Source: a bacterium
GTDB taxonomy: Bacteria > SAR324 > XYD2-FULL-50-16 > G965216635
DNA length: 64,000 nucleotides
Assembly (NCBI GenBank): GCA_965216635.1
Contig: OZ244188.1
Span: forward strand, 128,001-192,000
Reading direction: 5' to 3'
Both the position numbers and the translations under genes were made by a program. Below are positions 29,114-39,531 of this stretch, one piece after another; positions within the stretch are counted from its first letter, which is position 1, and each line of letters starts with the position of its first letter. Below the pieces are notes generated by a model. It did not search any database. It was not told where the DNA came from and saw only the letters and a program-made list of their open reading frames with translations.

Positions 29114-29617
29114 ATGTTAAGAACAACTACAGCACAAAACTTTACTTCTACTAAAATCTACGATCTTTTGATTGGACTAGGTGCGGAAAAAAAGAAAGCA
29201 GAGATTGCTATTGGAGAGTTTGTAGAACTGAGACCAAAAGCTTTGGCTTCTAGTGCAGCAAAAACGGGTTTGGATACCACTCTTCCTACGGACAAAGGGG
29301 ATATCTGGAGATTGGAATCTATCATTTCAGAGAACAAGAACGATACAGATATAAAACTGAAAGATATTGAGAGTAAAATCGTAGAAACCAAAAGTAACCT
29401 AGAAAGAATAATAACAGACAACAGAAACGATCTAGAAAGAATAATAACAGACAATAAAAATGATACAGACCTGAAATTTAAGGATATAGATTTAAAAATA
29501 GAAAGGATGAGAACAGAAGTAGAAAAAAACAAAAACGCTCTATTGATTATAGGAATTTCAACACAGCTAGCAGTTGGTGGGCTGGTTGTGACTATACTAC
29601 AATTTTTACAAAACTAG
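29114..29617 (+). CDS. Membrane-anchored coiled-coil protein A5
   Basis: Paralog of A1. Confidence 0.85.
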   Translation: MLRTTTAQNFTSTKIYDLLIGLGAEKKKAEIAIGEFVELRPKALASSAAKTGLDTTLPTDKGDIWRLESIISENKNDTDIKLKDIESKIVETKSNLERIITDNRNDLERIITDNKNDTDLKFKDIDLKIERMRTEVEKNKNALLIIGISTQLAVGGLVVTILQFLQN

Positions 29618-30056
29618 AGACCTTTATTAGCGTTCTGTTTAGCCTATGCAGCGTTGAAAAATTTTTTTAACTCTTGAAATATCACACATATTCCAGCGAG
29701 CTAAAAAAATTTTTCGCCTTGCCTAGCCGTCACATAACACTAATACAAAACTCTCACTAAAAATAGGACCTTTATTAGCGTTCTGTTTAGCCAAAACAAG
29801 CTTATTGCTTGAAACTATTTATGGGCTATAGAAAAAGTGCCTTTTGGCACTTTTTCATTTCTTTTTTGGAGTATGCAAAGTTTGTAGTGCCCTGATCCCA
29901 TTATTGTGGCACTACGCCATTGAAAAATTTTTTTAACTCTTGAAATATCACACATATTCCAGCGAGCTAAAAAAATTTTTCGCACCTGTTCTAACCATTT
30001 GGCTAGCCGTCTTAAGAACAACTACAGCACAAACTCTCACTAAAAATAAGACCTTT
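29618..30056. mobile_element. Composite or tandem MITE-like elements
   Basis: Two units starting gacctttattagcgttctgtttagcc, each with the cttgaaatatcacacatattccagcgagc module; the second carries the reverse complement of modules in 1436-1724. Confidence 0.7.
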
Positions 30057-30065
30057 GCGGGATTT

Positions 30066-31982
30066 TTATTTTTCGTTGGCACTTTTAACCAATGCAGCGT
30101 AACTTCCTTTTTTTCTTAGCAATTCTTGGTGTGTGCCTCTTTCTGTGATTTTTCCATTTTGTAAGAAAAGGATTATATCGGATTGTTGGATGGTGCTGAG
30201 TTGGTGGGCTATGGCTATCACTGTTTTTTGGGAAAATATTTTCTGTATTGCCTTGTTAATTTTGGTGGTGGTGATGCTATCTACTGTGCTGGTCACTTCG
30301 TCTAGTAAGAACAATTCTTTTTTTTGGGCTACAATTCTGGCTAGGCTGATTAGTTGCGCCTGCCCTGAAGATAAATTTTTTCCGTTATCTGTAATTTGAA
30401 AGTTGAGCCCTTTTTTCATTTTTTTGACAAAATCTAGAGCATCTACATAGTTTAAAGCTTCTAGAACATCTTTTTTTGTAATTTCTTTTTTGGCAAGATT
30501 GACATTAAATTCTACAGATTCATTAAATAGATAAGTATCTTGAAATTGAATAGAAGCAAAATCTAGCAATAATTTTTTGGGTATTTTTTTCAATTCTATT
30601 CCGTTGATTTGAATTTCGCCTTCGTAGTCTTCGTATTGCTTGCTTAAAACCCTTAGAATGCTGCTTTTTCCGCACCCAGTAGCTCCAACCAAAGCCAATT
30701 TTTGTTTTGAATGCAAAGTAAAGGAAATATTTTTTAACACATATTCTGAAGTATCAGGGTAGCGAAAGGAAACATTCTTAAAAGTAATTTTTTTCATTTT
30801 TTCTAGTGTTTTATTCTGATATATCGGCAAAACTGGCTCTGGTTCTATTTTTTGGCGGAAGAGGTTTTCAATTTGATCTAACGAAGAAAGAGCTCTTTGA
30901 ATAGTAGATATTTGTTGAAAAAGCTCGCGTATCGGCACAAAACATTTTTGTAAAGCGTTCATAAAGGCAATCACTACACTAATGCTAATGAGTTGCTTGA
31001 TGGAAAGATGGGCAGCATACCAAAGCACCACTAAAACACAAATAATAGAAATGCCTTCTATAAAAGCGGTTAGAAAGGATTCGTATTTGTTGACATTTTT
31101 TTGTTGTTTGAAAAATTCATTGTTTTTTTTTTGATAATTCCACAATACTTTTTCTTCGGCTAGATAGAGTTGGACGGTCTGCATTCCTTGAATACACTCG
31201 CTGAGGTAAGCAGCAGCCTTAGCAAGCACCGATCTGGCTATGAGATAGGCTTCTCTCATTAGACTGCGGACAACATGAGCTACTCCCCAAATGATGGGAA
31301 AAAATAAACTAACAATTACAGCCAGTTTCCAATTTAAGAAATAGAGCAGCGCAAAAAGAAAGATGGTTTTAATGAAATCTACTAAAAAGGTTAGCACTCC
31401 TATTGCTAAAGATTCTTGCACATTTTCAAAGTCGCTAGTAAGTCTGGAGAGTAGTCTTCCCAAAGGCTCTTTATCAAAAAATTTTTTAGGAAATTGCAAA
31501 ATTCTGGCAAATAAATCTTGCCTCATATTGACGATGGATCTTTGTGCTATATATTGTAAAGAAAAAGAATAGATGAATTCAAAAACGATACTCAGTAGTA
31601 AAGAAGCTAATAATGCTCCTACCCACAATTTCATTGTAGCCAAATTTTTATGAATGAGGATTTGATCGCTGATTTGCACTACAATCCAAGGCACAGCAAC
31701 AGAAAAAAAAACGAGTAGTGGAATAGCTAAAATAGCGAGGGATAAACTTTTTTTATACTTCAAACTGTAAGAGATAAATCTTTTTAGAATAGCCCAATCT
31801 TTTTTTCGCAGTTCTCCCCTTAGACCTTTGGTTTTGTTTTGAAGCTGGCTAAACTCGCCTTGAATGTTATCTATATGGGTGTGCTCTGTAGAGGAGTTTC
31901 CTAGTTGTGGTTTTACTGTAATGGAATTGTTGCTATATTTTTTTTTATTTATATAACCTATGGGGGGCTTATTTTGTTTCAT
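30066..31982 (-). CDS. ABC exporter ATP-binding/permease, MdlB-like
   Basis: TM domain, GATGCGKS, LSSGQAQ and LLDE; likely start ATG 31982. Confidence 0.9.
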   Translation of the reverse strand: MKQNKPPIGYINKKKYSNNSITVKPQLGNSSTEHTHIDNIQGEFSQLQNKTKGLRGELRKKDWAILKRFISYSLKYKKSLSLAILAIPLLVFFSVAVPWIVVQISDQILIHKNLATMKLWVGALLASLLLSIVFEFIYSFSLQYIAQRSIVNMRQDLFARILQFPKKFFDKEPLGRLLSRLTSDFENVQESLAIGVLTFLVDFIKTIFLFALLYFLNWKLAVIVSLFFPIIWGVAHVVRSLMREAYLIARSVLAKAAAYLSECIQGMQTVQLYLAEEKVLWNYQKKNNEFFKQQKNVNKYESFLTAFIEGISIICVLVVLWYAAHLSIKQLISISVVIAFMNALQKCFVPIRELFQQISTIQRALSSLDQIENLFRQKIEPEPVLPIYQNKTLEKMKKITFKNVSFRYPDTSEYVLKNISFTLHSKQKLALVGATGCGKSSILRVLSKQYEDYEGEIQINGIELKKIPKKLLLDFASIQFQDTYLFNESVEFNVNLAKKEITKKDVLEALNYVDALDFVKKMKKGLNFQITDNGKNLSSGQAQLISLARIVAQKKELFLLDEVTSTVDSITTTKINKAIQKIFSQKTVIAIAHQLSTIQQSDIILFLQNGKITERGTHQELLRKKGSYAALVKSANEK

Positions 31983-33735
31983 CTTGTATTTTCCAAGTTT
32001 TGTATAAATAACCTTTCTTTTCAAGCAATTCTTTAAAAGTTCCTTTTTCTACTATTTTTCCTTGCTCTAAAACTAAAATATAATCCGCGTGTGATAACAC
32101 CCTTGCTCTGTGAGAAATAATAAGAACGCTACTGCTATGCTCTTTTTTTATAATTGTTTTTAGTAAAATATTTTCGGTTTCATAATCTAGGGCAGACATA
32201 ATATTATCCAAAATCAAGAGTTCACAATTTTCTAGCATTGAGCGAGCAAAAGAAATACGCTGCTTTTGTCCTCCGGAAAGCATAATTCCTTTTTCGCCTA
32301 TGAGGGTTTCTTTTTTCTTAGGAAAAATTTTGAGTTCGTTGGTAAGGGCTGATTTTTCAAAAATAGTCCGCCACTCTGCTTTAGTAAGGATTTGCTCTGT
32401 TCTCGCTCCGAAAAGAATGTTGTTTGCCACTGTATCGGAAAAAAGAAAGGAATCTTGAGTAACGCTACGGATTAGTTTTCTTAAAATGCGGTAATCAATA
32501 TCTTCTATATCTAAATTCCCTATAAAAATACTACCCCTAGGGGCAGAGACATATTTATTCAAGCATCTTGCAAGCGTAGTTTTACCAGAGCCGACAGAAC
32601 CTAACACTCCCACAACTTGCCCTTTTTTTATGGAGAAGTTTAAATTTTTTAGCACCGCAGATTCCTTGTCTTCGGGGTAGCAAAAATTCAAATTTTTAAA
32701 CCTAATACCTTTAGCTAACTCCTTTTTTACCTGTTCTAGTTTTTGTTTGTCCTTAGTGTTGTAAGCATTTTCTTGAGCGAAAATACTATAAACGCTTTGC
32801 AAACCTAATCTGCCTTGTAGTAAAACATTTAAAAACCATCCCATACTCGCCAAAGGTGGTGTCAGAAAAGCAGTATAGCTAATCATTGCAGTAATGTCTC
32901 CTATCGTAAAATTGCCTTCAAAAAAATAAATACCACCGACGAAAAAAATTAAGGCTTTGAGCAGACTATCTGTATTATTCAAAATGGGGGAAAACAGGGA
33001 CCTGATTCTGGAAGCCTTGATAGAATTTTGATAAAGTTCTTGATTTTGTTTTGCAAAGTGCTCCTTACTCCAATCTTGCAGATCACAAGAGCGGATCACC
33101 TCCAAACCGTTAAGACTAGAGAGGATACTATTAGATAGCTGTTGCAAACATTTAATCCTTTTGAGGTAAAATTTCATAGAGTAGATAATTCCAGTATGAA
33201 TACCTGAAAAAAGCACAATCAAAGTGATAATGGTGTAGATAGTAACAGTGGGAGAAATTTGCCACATTTTGTAAGGAATGATAGAGAAGGCGCTAAAAAT
33301 ATTAACTAATTGCATCAAACCAAACCCGCAGAGTAGACGTATCCAAATAGTATCGTTATTGATTTGGGAAATAATTTTTCCAGCAAGATTTTTCATAAAA
33401 TACTCACGGGGTAATCGGGTAATTTTTTCAAATAGTTGATTTTTTACCTCAAACTCTATTTTTCTAGCAGTATTAAAAAAAAAAATTCTGGAAAGAGTTC
33501 TGACTCCTACCACCGCCACAGTTAAAAATATAGCCCATCCTACTGCTTGCAAAAATACATTTTGAGATGGATTTACTCCTTGGTACATAAAATCTATAAT
33601 TTCTTTGATACGGATAGGAATAGACGCTAAAATATAGTTCGTAAGTAGGATGAAAACGATTCCTAAAAGATAACTATATTTGTATTTAAAAACATAGCTT
33701 AAAAGAAAACGAAAACTTGGATGGATTTTTAGCAT
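31969..33735 (-). CDS. ABC exporter ATP-binding/permease, MdlA-like
   Basis: TM domain, GSVGSGKT, LSGGQKQR and a degenerate Walker B (ILDN), typical of heterodimers. Confidence 0.9.
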   Translation of the reverse strand: MLKIHPSFRFLLSYVFKYKYSYLLGIVFILLTNYILASIPIRIKEIIDFMYQGVNPSQNVFLQAVGWAIFLTVAVVGVRTLSRIFFFNTARKIEFEVKNQLFEKITRLPREYFMKNLAGKIISQINNDTIWIRLLCGFGLMQLVNIFSAFSIIPYKMWQISPTVTIYTIITLIVLFSGIHTGIIYSMKFYLKRIKCLQQLSNSILSSLNGLEVIRSCDLQDWSKEHFAKQNQELYQNSIKASRIRSLFSPILNNTDSLLKALIFFVGGIYFFEGNFTIGDITAMISYTAFLTPPLASMGWFLNVLLQGRLGLQSVYSIFAQENAYNTKDKQKLEQVKKELAKGIRFKNLNFCYPEDKESAVLKNLNFSIKKGQVVGVLGSVGSGKTTLARCLNKYVSAPRGSIFIGNLDIEDIDYRILRKLIRSVTQDSFLFSDTVANNILFGARTEQILTKAEWRTIFEKSALTNELKIFPKKKETLIGEKGIMLSGGQKQRISFARSMLENCELLILDNIMSALDYETENILLKTIIKKEHSSSVLIISHRARVLSHADYILVLEQGKIVEKGTFKELLEKKGYLYKTWKIQDETK

Positions 33736-33831
33736 TGAATACTGTTATAGTGGTAGTAAAATTCTTGCATTAACATTACCAGTATAACAGATAAATTTTA
33801 TATTTTCAATTCCATCAAATATCTGCAGCTA

Positions 33832-34218
33832 ATGAAAAAAGAAAATTCCAACGATAAAAAACTCTTTCAAAAAAAAGAAACGGATCTTTATCAAAAAATA
33901 GTCCATTTAGCCCTAGATATTAAAGCCTTCAATGAACAGGTTTATGATTTACGCGAGGTGAGCGCAGAAATGGATTATGCTGTTTTAGTCAACAGTAATT
34001 CCATAATGCACGCTAAAGGTATTAGTGAAAATGTAGAACTACAACTAAAAAAACAAAATGTTTATGCATTAGGAATAGAAGGGAAAAAAGGTAGCGACTG
34101 GATTTTGATGGATTACAACGAAGTTATTTTGCATATTTTTACCGATGAAGCAAGAGAGCACTACGATTTAGATACTGTCTTCCAAAAATATTTCAAAGCT
34201 ACAAAAATAAATCTATGA
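33832..34218 (+). CDS. rsfS: Ribosome silencing factor
   Basis: WILMDYNEVILHIF...REHYDLD. Confidence 0.92.
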   Translation: MKKENSNDKKLFQKKETDLYQKIVHLALDIKAFNEQVYDLREVSAEMDYAVLVNSNSIMHAKGISENVELQLKKQNVYALGIEGKKGSDWILMDYNEVILHIFTDEAREHYDLDTVFQKYFKATKINL

Positions 34219-35021
34219 AAAATTTTCATAAGTCTCTTGCTTTTGTCACACAAAAATACGCCTATAAAGAATCCAGTTTTGTGTGTAATATTTTCAGTCA
34301 AAAATTCGGTAAAGGAAAATTTATGCTTTACGGAGCTACAAAAAATCAGAAGCAATTAAGCAACTATCAAGTGGGCAGTATTATTTCCATAGAAGCAATC
34401 CAAAAAACAACGAGTGAGTGGTTAAGCATCTACGATAACCAGTTAGTTTTAGAAAAAAATCCTAAAGACTATAATGCTTTTTCTTTTCTTTCTTTTATTT
34501 TGGAGTGGGTTTTAAAATGCGAATTTAGTGACAATCTTTTTGAAAAAATTTTTGAAAAATACCACAGCTTGTATCAAAAAATAGATGAACCCTATCCAAG
34601 AATAGTCTATTCTTTTTTGAATTTTTTTTTTCAAGTACTGAGAATGAACGGGTTTGCTCTAAACTGGAAAAATTGTAAATATTGCCAACAGACGAGCTAT
34701 CAAAAAGACGAGCAGCGAGGGTATATTTTTAGAAAAGAAAACTACGATTTTGAGTTTTCCAGCGCTTCTATTGTTTGTAGCCAGTGTTGTAGCGATAAAA
34801 AATTTTCTTTGCAGGCGGCAAATATAAAAATTTTCTTTCATCTATTTTACGAAAATGAAATAACTGCAGAAAATATTCCTCCATCTCTGTTAGCACAGAA
34901 TCTGATTTTACTTTTACAAGCCTACCTTTATCACTACCCAATGAGGCTGAAGTCTGCAGAAAATTTGATGAATTGCTTGAAAGCTATTAGTGCTAATGTG
35001 GAGAGTAAACCTGTTTTATGA
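34215..35021 (+). CDS. recO: DNA repair protein RecO
   Basis: N-terminal OB-fold-like segment (YKES..., FGK); CxxC...CxxC zinc motif. Confidence 0.75.
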   Translation: MKNFHKSLAFVTQKYAYKESSFVCNIFSQKFGKGKFMLYGATKNQKQLSNYQVGSIISIEAIQKTTSEWLSIYDNQLVLEKNPKDYNAFSFLSFILEWVLKCEFSDNLFEKIFEKYHSLYQKIDEPYPRIVYSFLNFFFQVLRMNGFALNWKNCKYCQQTSYQKDEQRGYIFRKENYDFEFSSASIVCSQCCSDKKFSLQAANIKIFFHLFYENEITAENIPPSLLAQNLILLLQAYLYHYPMRLKSAENLMNCLKAISANVESKPVL

Positions 35022-35226
35022 AGGCATTCTAAAGTAATTAACACACAACAAATATATTTAAAAAATTAGTGGTTGCAATAATATTATTTTTATTATACAT
35101 TTAAGCAATGCAGTGTAAGTATGTTTGTGAAAGATAGAGAATTTATTAAAAAAAACTTATAAACAAAGAACGCACCAAGCAAGAAGCAAAAAACTCCCTT
35201 CTTGCCAAAGATAAAATACATAAAAA

Positions 35227-35712
35227 ATGAAAAATTGGTTTCGCTTAACTCATCCACCAGCCACTTTGCTCACTAGCTTGAAAGCAGGTATAGGAGCTGG
35301 TGTTGCCATAGGCTGCTTATTTTTAGTGAGTCAATTTTCTGGAGAATTATTGATTATGGCTCCTTTTGGTGCGAGTAGTGTCTTGCTTTTTGCAGTTCCT
35401 CAAAGTCCTTTAGCTCAACCTGCAAATCTTATAGGAGGACATCTTTTGAGTTCAGCTATAGCTTTAATCTGTGTCTATTTTATTAAAGAGCCTTTGCTAG
35501 CACTCCCTCTAGCTATGATGCTCTCTATCGGACTGATGGCATTTTTTAGACTTACTCATCCACCGGCAGGAGCAGATCCTATTGTAATTGTTTTGGGAGA
35601 ACATACTTGGGAATTCTTTTTTTTTCCTGTATTTATTGGTAGTGTGCTATTGCTTGTTTTAGCAGTATTATATCACCGATTAATTACTAAAATAAAATAT
35701 CCACTAATATAG
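35227..35712 (+). CDS. HPP family membrane protein
   Basis: MAPFGAS, SPLAQP and HPPAGA. Confidence 0.92.
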   Translation: MKNWFRLTHPPATLLTSLKAGIGAGVAIGCLFLVSQFSGELLIMAPFGASSVLLFAVPQSPLAQPANLIGGHLLSSAIALICVYFIKEPLLALPLAMMLSIGLMAFFRLTHPPAGADPIVIVLGEHTWEFFFFPVFIGSVLLLVLAVLYHRLITKIKYPLI

Positions 35713-35715
35713 AAA

Positions 35716-36726
35716 ATGATAACCATAATTATAATCGGAATAATTGTACTTCTGCCGTTAGTTTATCTTTCTTTGCTAAAAGGCGAATACGAAGTAAAAA
35801 GAAATATCCTAATCCATAAAAAAGCAAAAGTAATTTTTGATAAAATTTGTGATTTTAAGACTTGGAATGAATGGAGTCCTTGGCTAATTCACGAACCAGA
35901 AACGAAAATCGTCTATAGCCGTGACTTCCAAAAAGAAGGTGGCAGTTATACTTGGGACGGTAAAACTATCGGGTCGGGTAAATTAACGCATACCCGTTTA
36001 GTTTCACCTAACAAAATTGAGCAAAGAATTGATTTCATCAAACCTTTTCGTGCTGTTTGTAGAGTTGCTTGGAAAATTGAAGAAGAAAAAGGGAGCAGCA
36101 AAGTTACTTGGATTATGCAAGGAAAAATGCCTTTCTTGTTTCGCTTTATGACTGCAAAAACAGTCTGTATGATAGAAAAAGACTACGATTTTGGTTTGGC
36201 TATGATCAACGGAATTTTGGATAGCAAGGCAGAAAGACCTGAACTTAGTTTTAATGGAAAAACAGTGTTGGCAGAACAAAACTGTTTAACTAAGTCTTAC
36301 ACTGGTTCTTTTGATAATTTAAAATCAGTAATGTCGCAAACATTTCCCGAGCTTTATCAATACATAGTGAAATCTGAAAACTTAGAAATTGCGGGAGTGC
36401 CTTTTACCGCTTATCGCAAAATGAGCCCAAAGAAAAACACGGTAAAACTGGATATATGCATTCCCATTAAAGGAAGTAGTAGCGCAAACACTTATGAAAT
36501 TAAAACTTTTCCAGCGGGTAAATATTTCAAAAGCACACTCAAAGGAAATTATAAATTTTTAGAGTTTGCTTGGCCCCAAAGTTTTAACCATCTTAAAATG
36601 CAGAAAAAAATACAAAAAATGAGATTTGATTGGCGAAGAGTTTGTTTAGAGTTTTATCCTAATGATCCTACAAAACTAAAACATACTAACGATACTCTTA
36701 CTGAGATCTATATTCCTATAAAATAA
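35716..36726 (+). CDS. SRPBCC domain plus GyrI-like effector-binding protein
   Basis: WNEWSPW, IDFIKPF and C-terminal EFYPNDP...TEIYIP. Confidence 0.85.
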   Translation: MITIIIIGIIVLLPLVYLSLLKGEYEVKRNILIHKKAKVIFDKICDFKTWNEWSPWLIHEPETKIVYSRDFQKEGGSYTWDGKTIGSGKLTHTRLVSPNKIEQRIDFIKPFRAVCRVAWKIEEEKGSSKVTWIMQGKMPFLFRFMTAKTVCMIEKDYDFGLAMINGILDSKAERPELSFNGKTVLAEQNCLTKSYTGSFDNLKSVMSQTFPELYQYIVKSENLEIAGVPFTAYRKMSPKKNTVKLDICIPIKGSSSANTYEIKTFPAGKYFKSTLKGNYKFLEFAWPQSFNHLKMQKKIQKMRFDWRRVCLEFYPNDPTKLKHTNDTLTEIYIPIK

Positions 36727-36733
36727 GAGACTG

Positions 36734-37264
36734 TTGAATCAAATTATGTTTAGATTTTTAAAAAAAGTTTTTAAAGCAAAGAGTGGTTTTAGCCATTTAG
36801 ACGTAAGCGGAAAAGCAAAAATGGTTAGCGTGGTAGAAAAAAAGAGAAGTCATAGAGTAGCCTGTGCAAGAGCAATAATCAAAGCAAGTAGTGAGTTAAT
36901 AGAAAAATTGAAACAGAACGATTTGAAAAAAGGAGATACTATTACAGTGGCTAAAGTTGCTGGAATCAGTGCTGCTAAAAAAACTTCTGATTTAATTCCT
37001 CTTTGTCACTCCCTGCCTTTAGAAAATGTTACCCTAGATATAGAATACAACGGTAATCAGATTCGTATTCAAAGCAAGGTAGAATGTTATGGCAAGACCG
37101 GCGTAGAAATGGAAGCCTTGACTGCAGTTTCAGTAGCTGCTTTGACTATTTACGATATGTGCAAATCCATAGACAAAAGCATTATTGTTGAAAAACAAGG
37201 ACTGTATTCCAAAACAGGAGGTAAGTCTGGTGATTTTTTAAATTCTGCAATGGAGTGGAATTAG
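36734..37264 (+). CDS. moaC: Cyclic pyranopterin monophosphate synthase
   Basis: LIPLCH, TGVEMEAL and YDMCK; start may be ATG 36746. Confidence 0.95.
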   Translation: MNQIMFRFLKKVFKAKSGFSHLDVSGKAKMVSVVEKKRSHRVACARAIIKASSELIEKLKQNDLKKGDTITVAKVAGISAAKKTSDLIPLCHSLPLENVTLDIEYNGNQIRIQSKVECYGKTGVEMEALTAVSVAALTIYDMCKSIDKSIIVEKQGLYSKTGGKSGDFLNSAMEWN

Positions 37265-37445
37265 TCGGGGAAAATCAAATTTGGGAATTATCTTCTTGTT
37301 AGGAAGCAAGAATGAAAAAAAAATAAAGAAATTTTCTAAAATCACTAAAAGTGAAAAGTAAGAAATAGATAAATTATCATCAAATACATTTTTAAGAATG
37401 AACCTCAAAAACTTGCCTAGAAATTTTATTATTCTATATTACTCC

Positions 37446-37612
37446 TATAGACTTTTGAATTTGCGTTCTGTTTAGCCTATACATCGTTAAAAAAAATTGT
37501 CCCTTGAAATACTTGAGTATTGCTGCGAGCCAAATTTTTTTCGCACCTGTTCTAACCATTTGGCTAGCCTTCGCAGCTGGTTTTGTCCTATTTGGTAAAT
37601 TCAAAGGTCTAT
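37446..37612. mobile_element. MITE-like element, medium form
   Basis: tatagacttttgaatttg...aaattcaaaggtctat. Confidence 0.75.
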
Positions 37613-37789
37613 CCTATTTTTTTGGATAATATTTTAGACAAATTTCTTTGTTTTTCTTTAAAAATCCCTATTTATAAGATATTTTTTGATTTTTAAAGCA
37701 ATTTACTCTTATAATTCTTAAAACAAACTTGACAAAAATTTTAAAATTCTTATGCTTTATTATAATTTCAAACTACTTATTTTTAAAAA

Positions 37790-38056
37790 ATGAAACCACA
37801 AGGTGAAGTAAGAATAGACAATGCGGTATTGGTAGCTAGTTTACTGGCTTATTACCGTAAATCTGTTTCTGACGAAAATAAGAATATACTAAAAAAAATC
37901 ATTAAAGATTTTAAAAATGATCCTAAAAATATTCCTCACGATATTGATAGATTTTGCAGATATTTGGAGATGGATAAAAACCTTATGGGTAGTTTGAAAA
38001 CAATGTCTCCTTTAGAAAGAATATTGACATTTCCTAGGAAAGGCAAAAAAAGCTAG
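37790..38056 (+). CDS. Small hypothetical protein
   Basis: 88-aa ORF preceded by TTGACA-N16-TATGCT. Confidence 0.6.
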   Translation: MKPQGEVRIDNAVLVASLLAYYRKSVSDENKNILKKIIKDFKNDPKNIPHDIDRFCRYLEMDKNLMGSLKTMSPLERILTFPRKGKKS

Positions 38057-38134
38057 AGAAATCGGATTAAGTGTATGTTTTCTAACATTATTTTCTTGTT
38101 TAAATTTATTTCTAACTCAATTAAAGCGCTATAC

Positions 38135-38163
38135 TTGACAAATTATTTTCTTATGGTTATAAT
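38135..38163 (+). promoter_or_regulatory. Consensus sigma70 promoter of rplJL
   Basis: TTGACA-N17-TATAAT. Confidence 0.85.
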
Positions 38164-38194
38164 AAACCTAAATTTCAACTAAGAACTGCATTGT

Positions 38195-38290
38195 TTAAGA
38201 CAGTCGGCACCAGTTATCTTAATTTATTAAGGCTATCTTAATTTATTAAGGTAGAGGAAGGTTTAAAAATGCCTACCGAGACGATTTTCC
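38195..38290 (+). ncRNA. Ribosomal protein L10 leader (cis-regulatory RNA)
   Basis: aagacagtcggca...tttaa...tgcctaccgagac upstream of rplJ. Confidence 0.7.
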
Positions 38291-38405
38291 AAATCATTGG
38301 ACAGGGATTAATTAAGATTGCTGAATTAGGGATTCTAGTTCAATAGTCTCTAATGCCTACCGTCTCACCTGCCTTTTACCTGCATTTCTACAACATTAAA
38401 AAACA

Positions 38406-38936
38406 TTGTTAACTAGGAAAAACAAAGAAGAACTGTTAACTGAATACAGTGAGATTTTTAATAATCTTTCTTCAGGTATTTTTATAGATTATAAAGGTCT
38501 GACTGTTTTAGAGATTACAGAATTTAGAAAAAAACTAGCAGTGAGTGGTTCTTACTTTAGAGTATTGAAAAATCGTATTGCAAAACGAGCGTTAGCTTCT
38601 TCTCCTTTAAAGGAAGTCGCGAAGGAATTAGTGGAAACTAAAGCACTTATCTACGGTAAAACCGATATGGTGACTTTGGCTAAATTGGTTTGCGGACAAC
38701 TAAGCAGACTGGATAAATGCCAATTAATTAGCGGTTTTACTCTTGAAAAGGAGCAGGTAGAACTTCTTGACGAAAAAAAAGTTGTGGTTATGAGCAAATT
38801 AGCTTCTAAAGAAGAGTTATTGAGTAAATTACTTTTCTTACTCAATGCTCCATTGACAAATTTGGCAAGAGTGCTCAATGAGGTTCCGGCTAAGTTTGTG
38901 CGTTTATTGTCGGCAGTCGCTGATAGTAAAAAATAA
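38406..38936 (+). CDS. rplJ: 50S ribosomal protein L10
   Basis: [20 protein letters not shown] start. Confidence 0.93.
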   Translation: MLTRKNKEELLTEYSEIFNNLSSGIFIDYKGLTVLEITEFRKKLAVSGSYFRVLKNRIAKRALASSPLKEVAKELVETKALIYGKTDMVTLAKLVCGQLSRLDKCQLISGFTLEKEQVELLDEKKVVVMSKLASKEELLSKLLFLLNAPLTNLARVLNEVPAKFVRLLSAVADSKK

Positions 38937-38968
38937 TAAAACCTTTAAATATAATTAAAAAAAAAAAT

Positions 38969-39355
38969 ATGACAACAATAACACAAGATCAGTTGATTGA
39001 GCATATTTCTAAAATGAGTGTTTTAGAAGTATCGGAGTTGGTTAAAGCATTAGAAGAAAAATTTGGTGTAAGCGCAGCCGCCATTGTATCTGCTCCAGCA
39101 GGTGGTGGACAGGTAGCAGAAGCTGTAGAAGAAAAAACAGAATTTGATATAATTCTTAAATCTGCAGGTCCTAATAAAATTGCTGTCATCAAAGCAGTTC
39201 GTGTTTTAAATTCTGCTTTAGGCTTGAAAGAGGCTAAAGATTTGGTAGAATCTGCTAGTGATAATACAAAAATTAAGGAAGCAGTAAAAAAAGAAGAAGC
39301 TGAGGAAATCGTCAAAAAAATTAATGCTACAGGAGCAGAAGCTATTTTGGTTTAA
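38969..39355 (+). CDS. rplL: 50S ribosomal protein L7/L12
   Basis: [18 protein letters not shown] and [11 protein letters not shown]. Confidence 0.97.
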   Translation: MTTITQDQLIEHISKMSVLEVSELVKALEEKFGVSAAAIVSAPAGGGQVAEAVEEKTEFDIILKSAGPNKIAVIKAVRVLNSALGLKEAKDLVESASDNTKIKEAVKKEEAEEIVKKINATGAEAILV

Positions 39356-39420
39356 TTATTTCGGATATTTTTTAGCTTTAAAAATAGGACTTTTTGTCCA
39401 ATTTTCTACTTCCTATCTAA

Positions 39421-39504
39421 GCCGAGGTGGTGAAATTGGTAGACACGCTGGACTCAAAATTCAGTAGACGCAAGTCTGTGTCGGTTCAAGTCCGACCCTC
39501 GGCA
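39421..39504 (+). tRNA. tRNA-Leu (CAA)
   Basis: gccgagg/cctcggc acceptor stem, ctgga-ctCAAaa-ttcag anticodon arm, long variable arm, GGTTCAAGTCC T arm; CCA not encoded. Confidence 0.95.
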
Positions 39505-39531
39505 CTTGCATTTTGTGAAAGAATCTATATT

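Noticed and set aside
20238..29617. Diversity-generating retroelement or shufflon behind the variable genes
   Set aside because: No reverse transcriptase or site-specific recombinase in the window; differences are block-wise with indels rather than adenine-specific; all copies are co-oriented
29815..30021. 68-aa ORF as a possible small gene or transposase fragment
   Set aside because: Lies wholly within MITE modules and has no recognisable motif
39421..39530. tRNA-Leu as an island attachment site
   Set aside because: No duplicate of its 3' end or integrase seen; followed by housekeeping genes
39427..39531. N-terminal extension of the aminotransferase ORF
   Set aside because: Overlaps tRNA-Leu; the real start is ATG 39532
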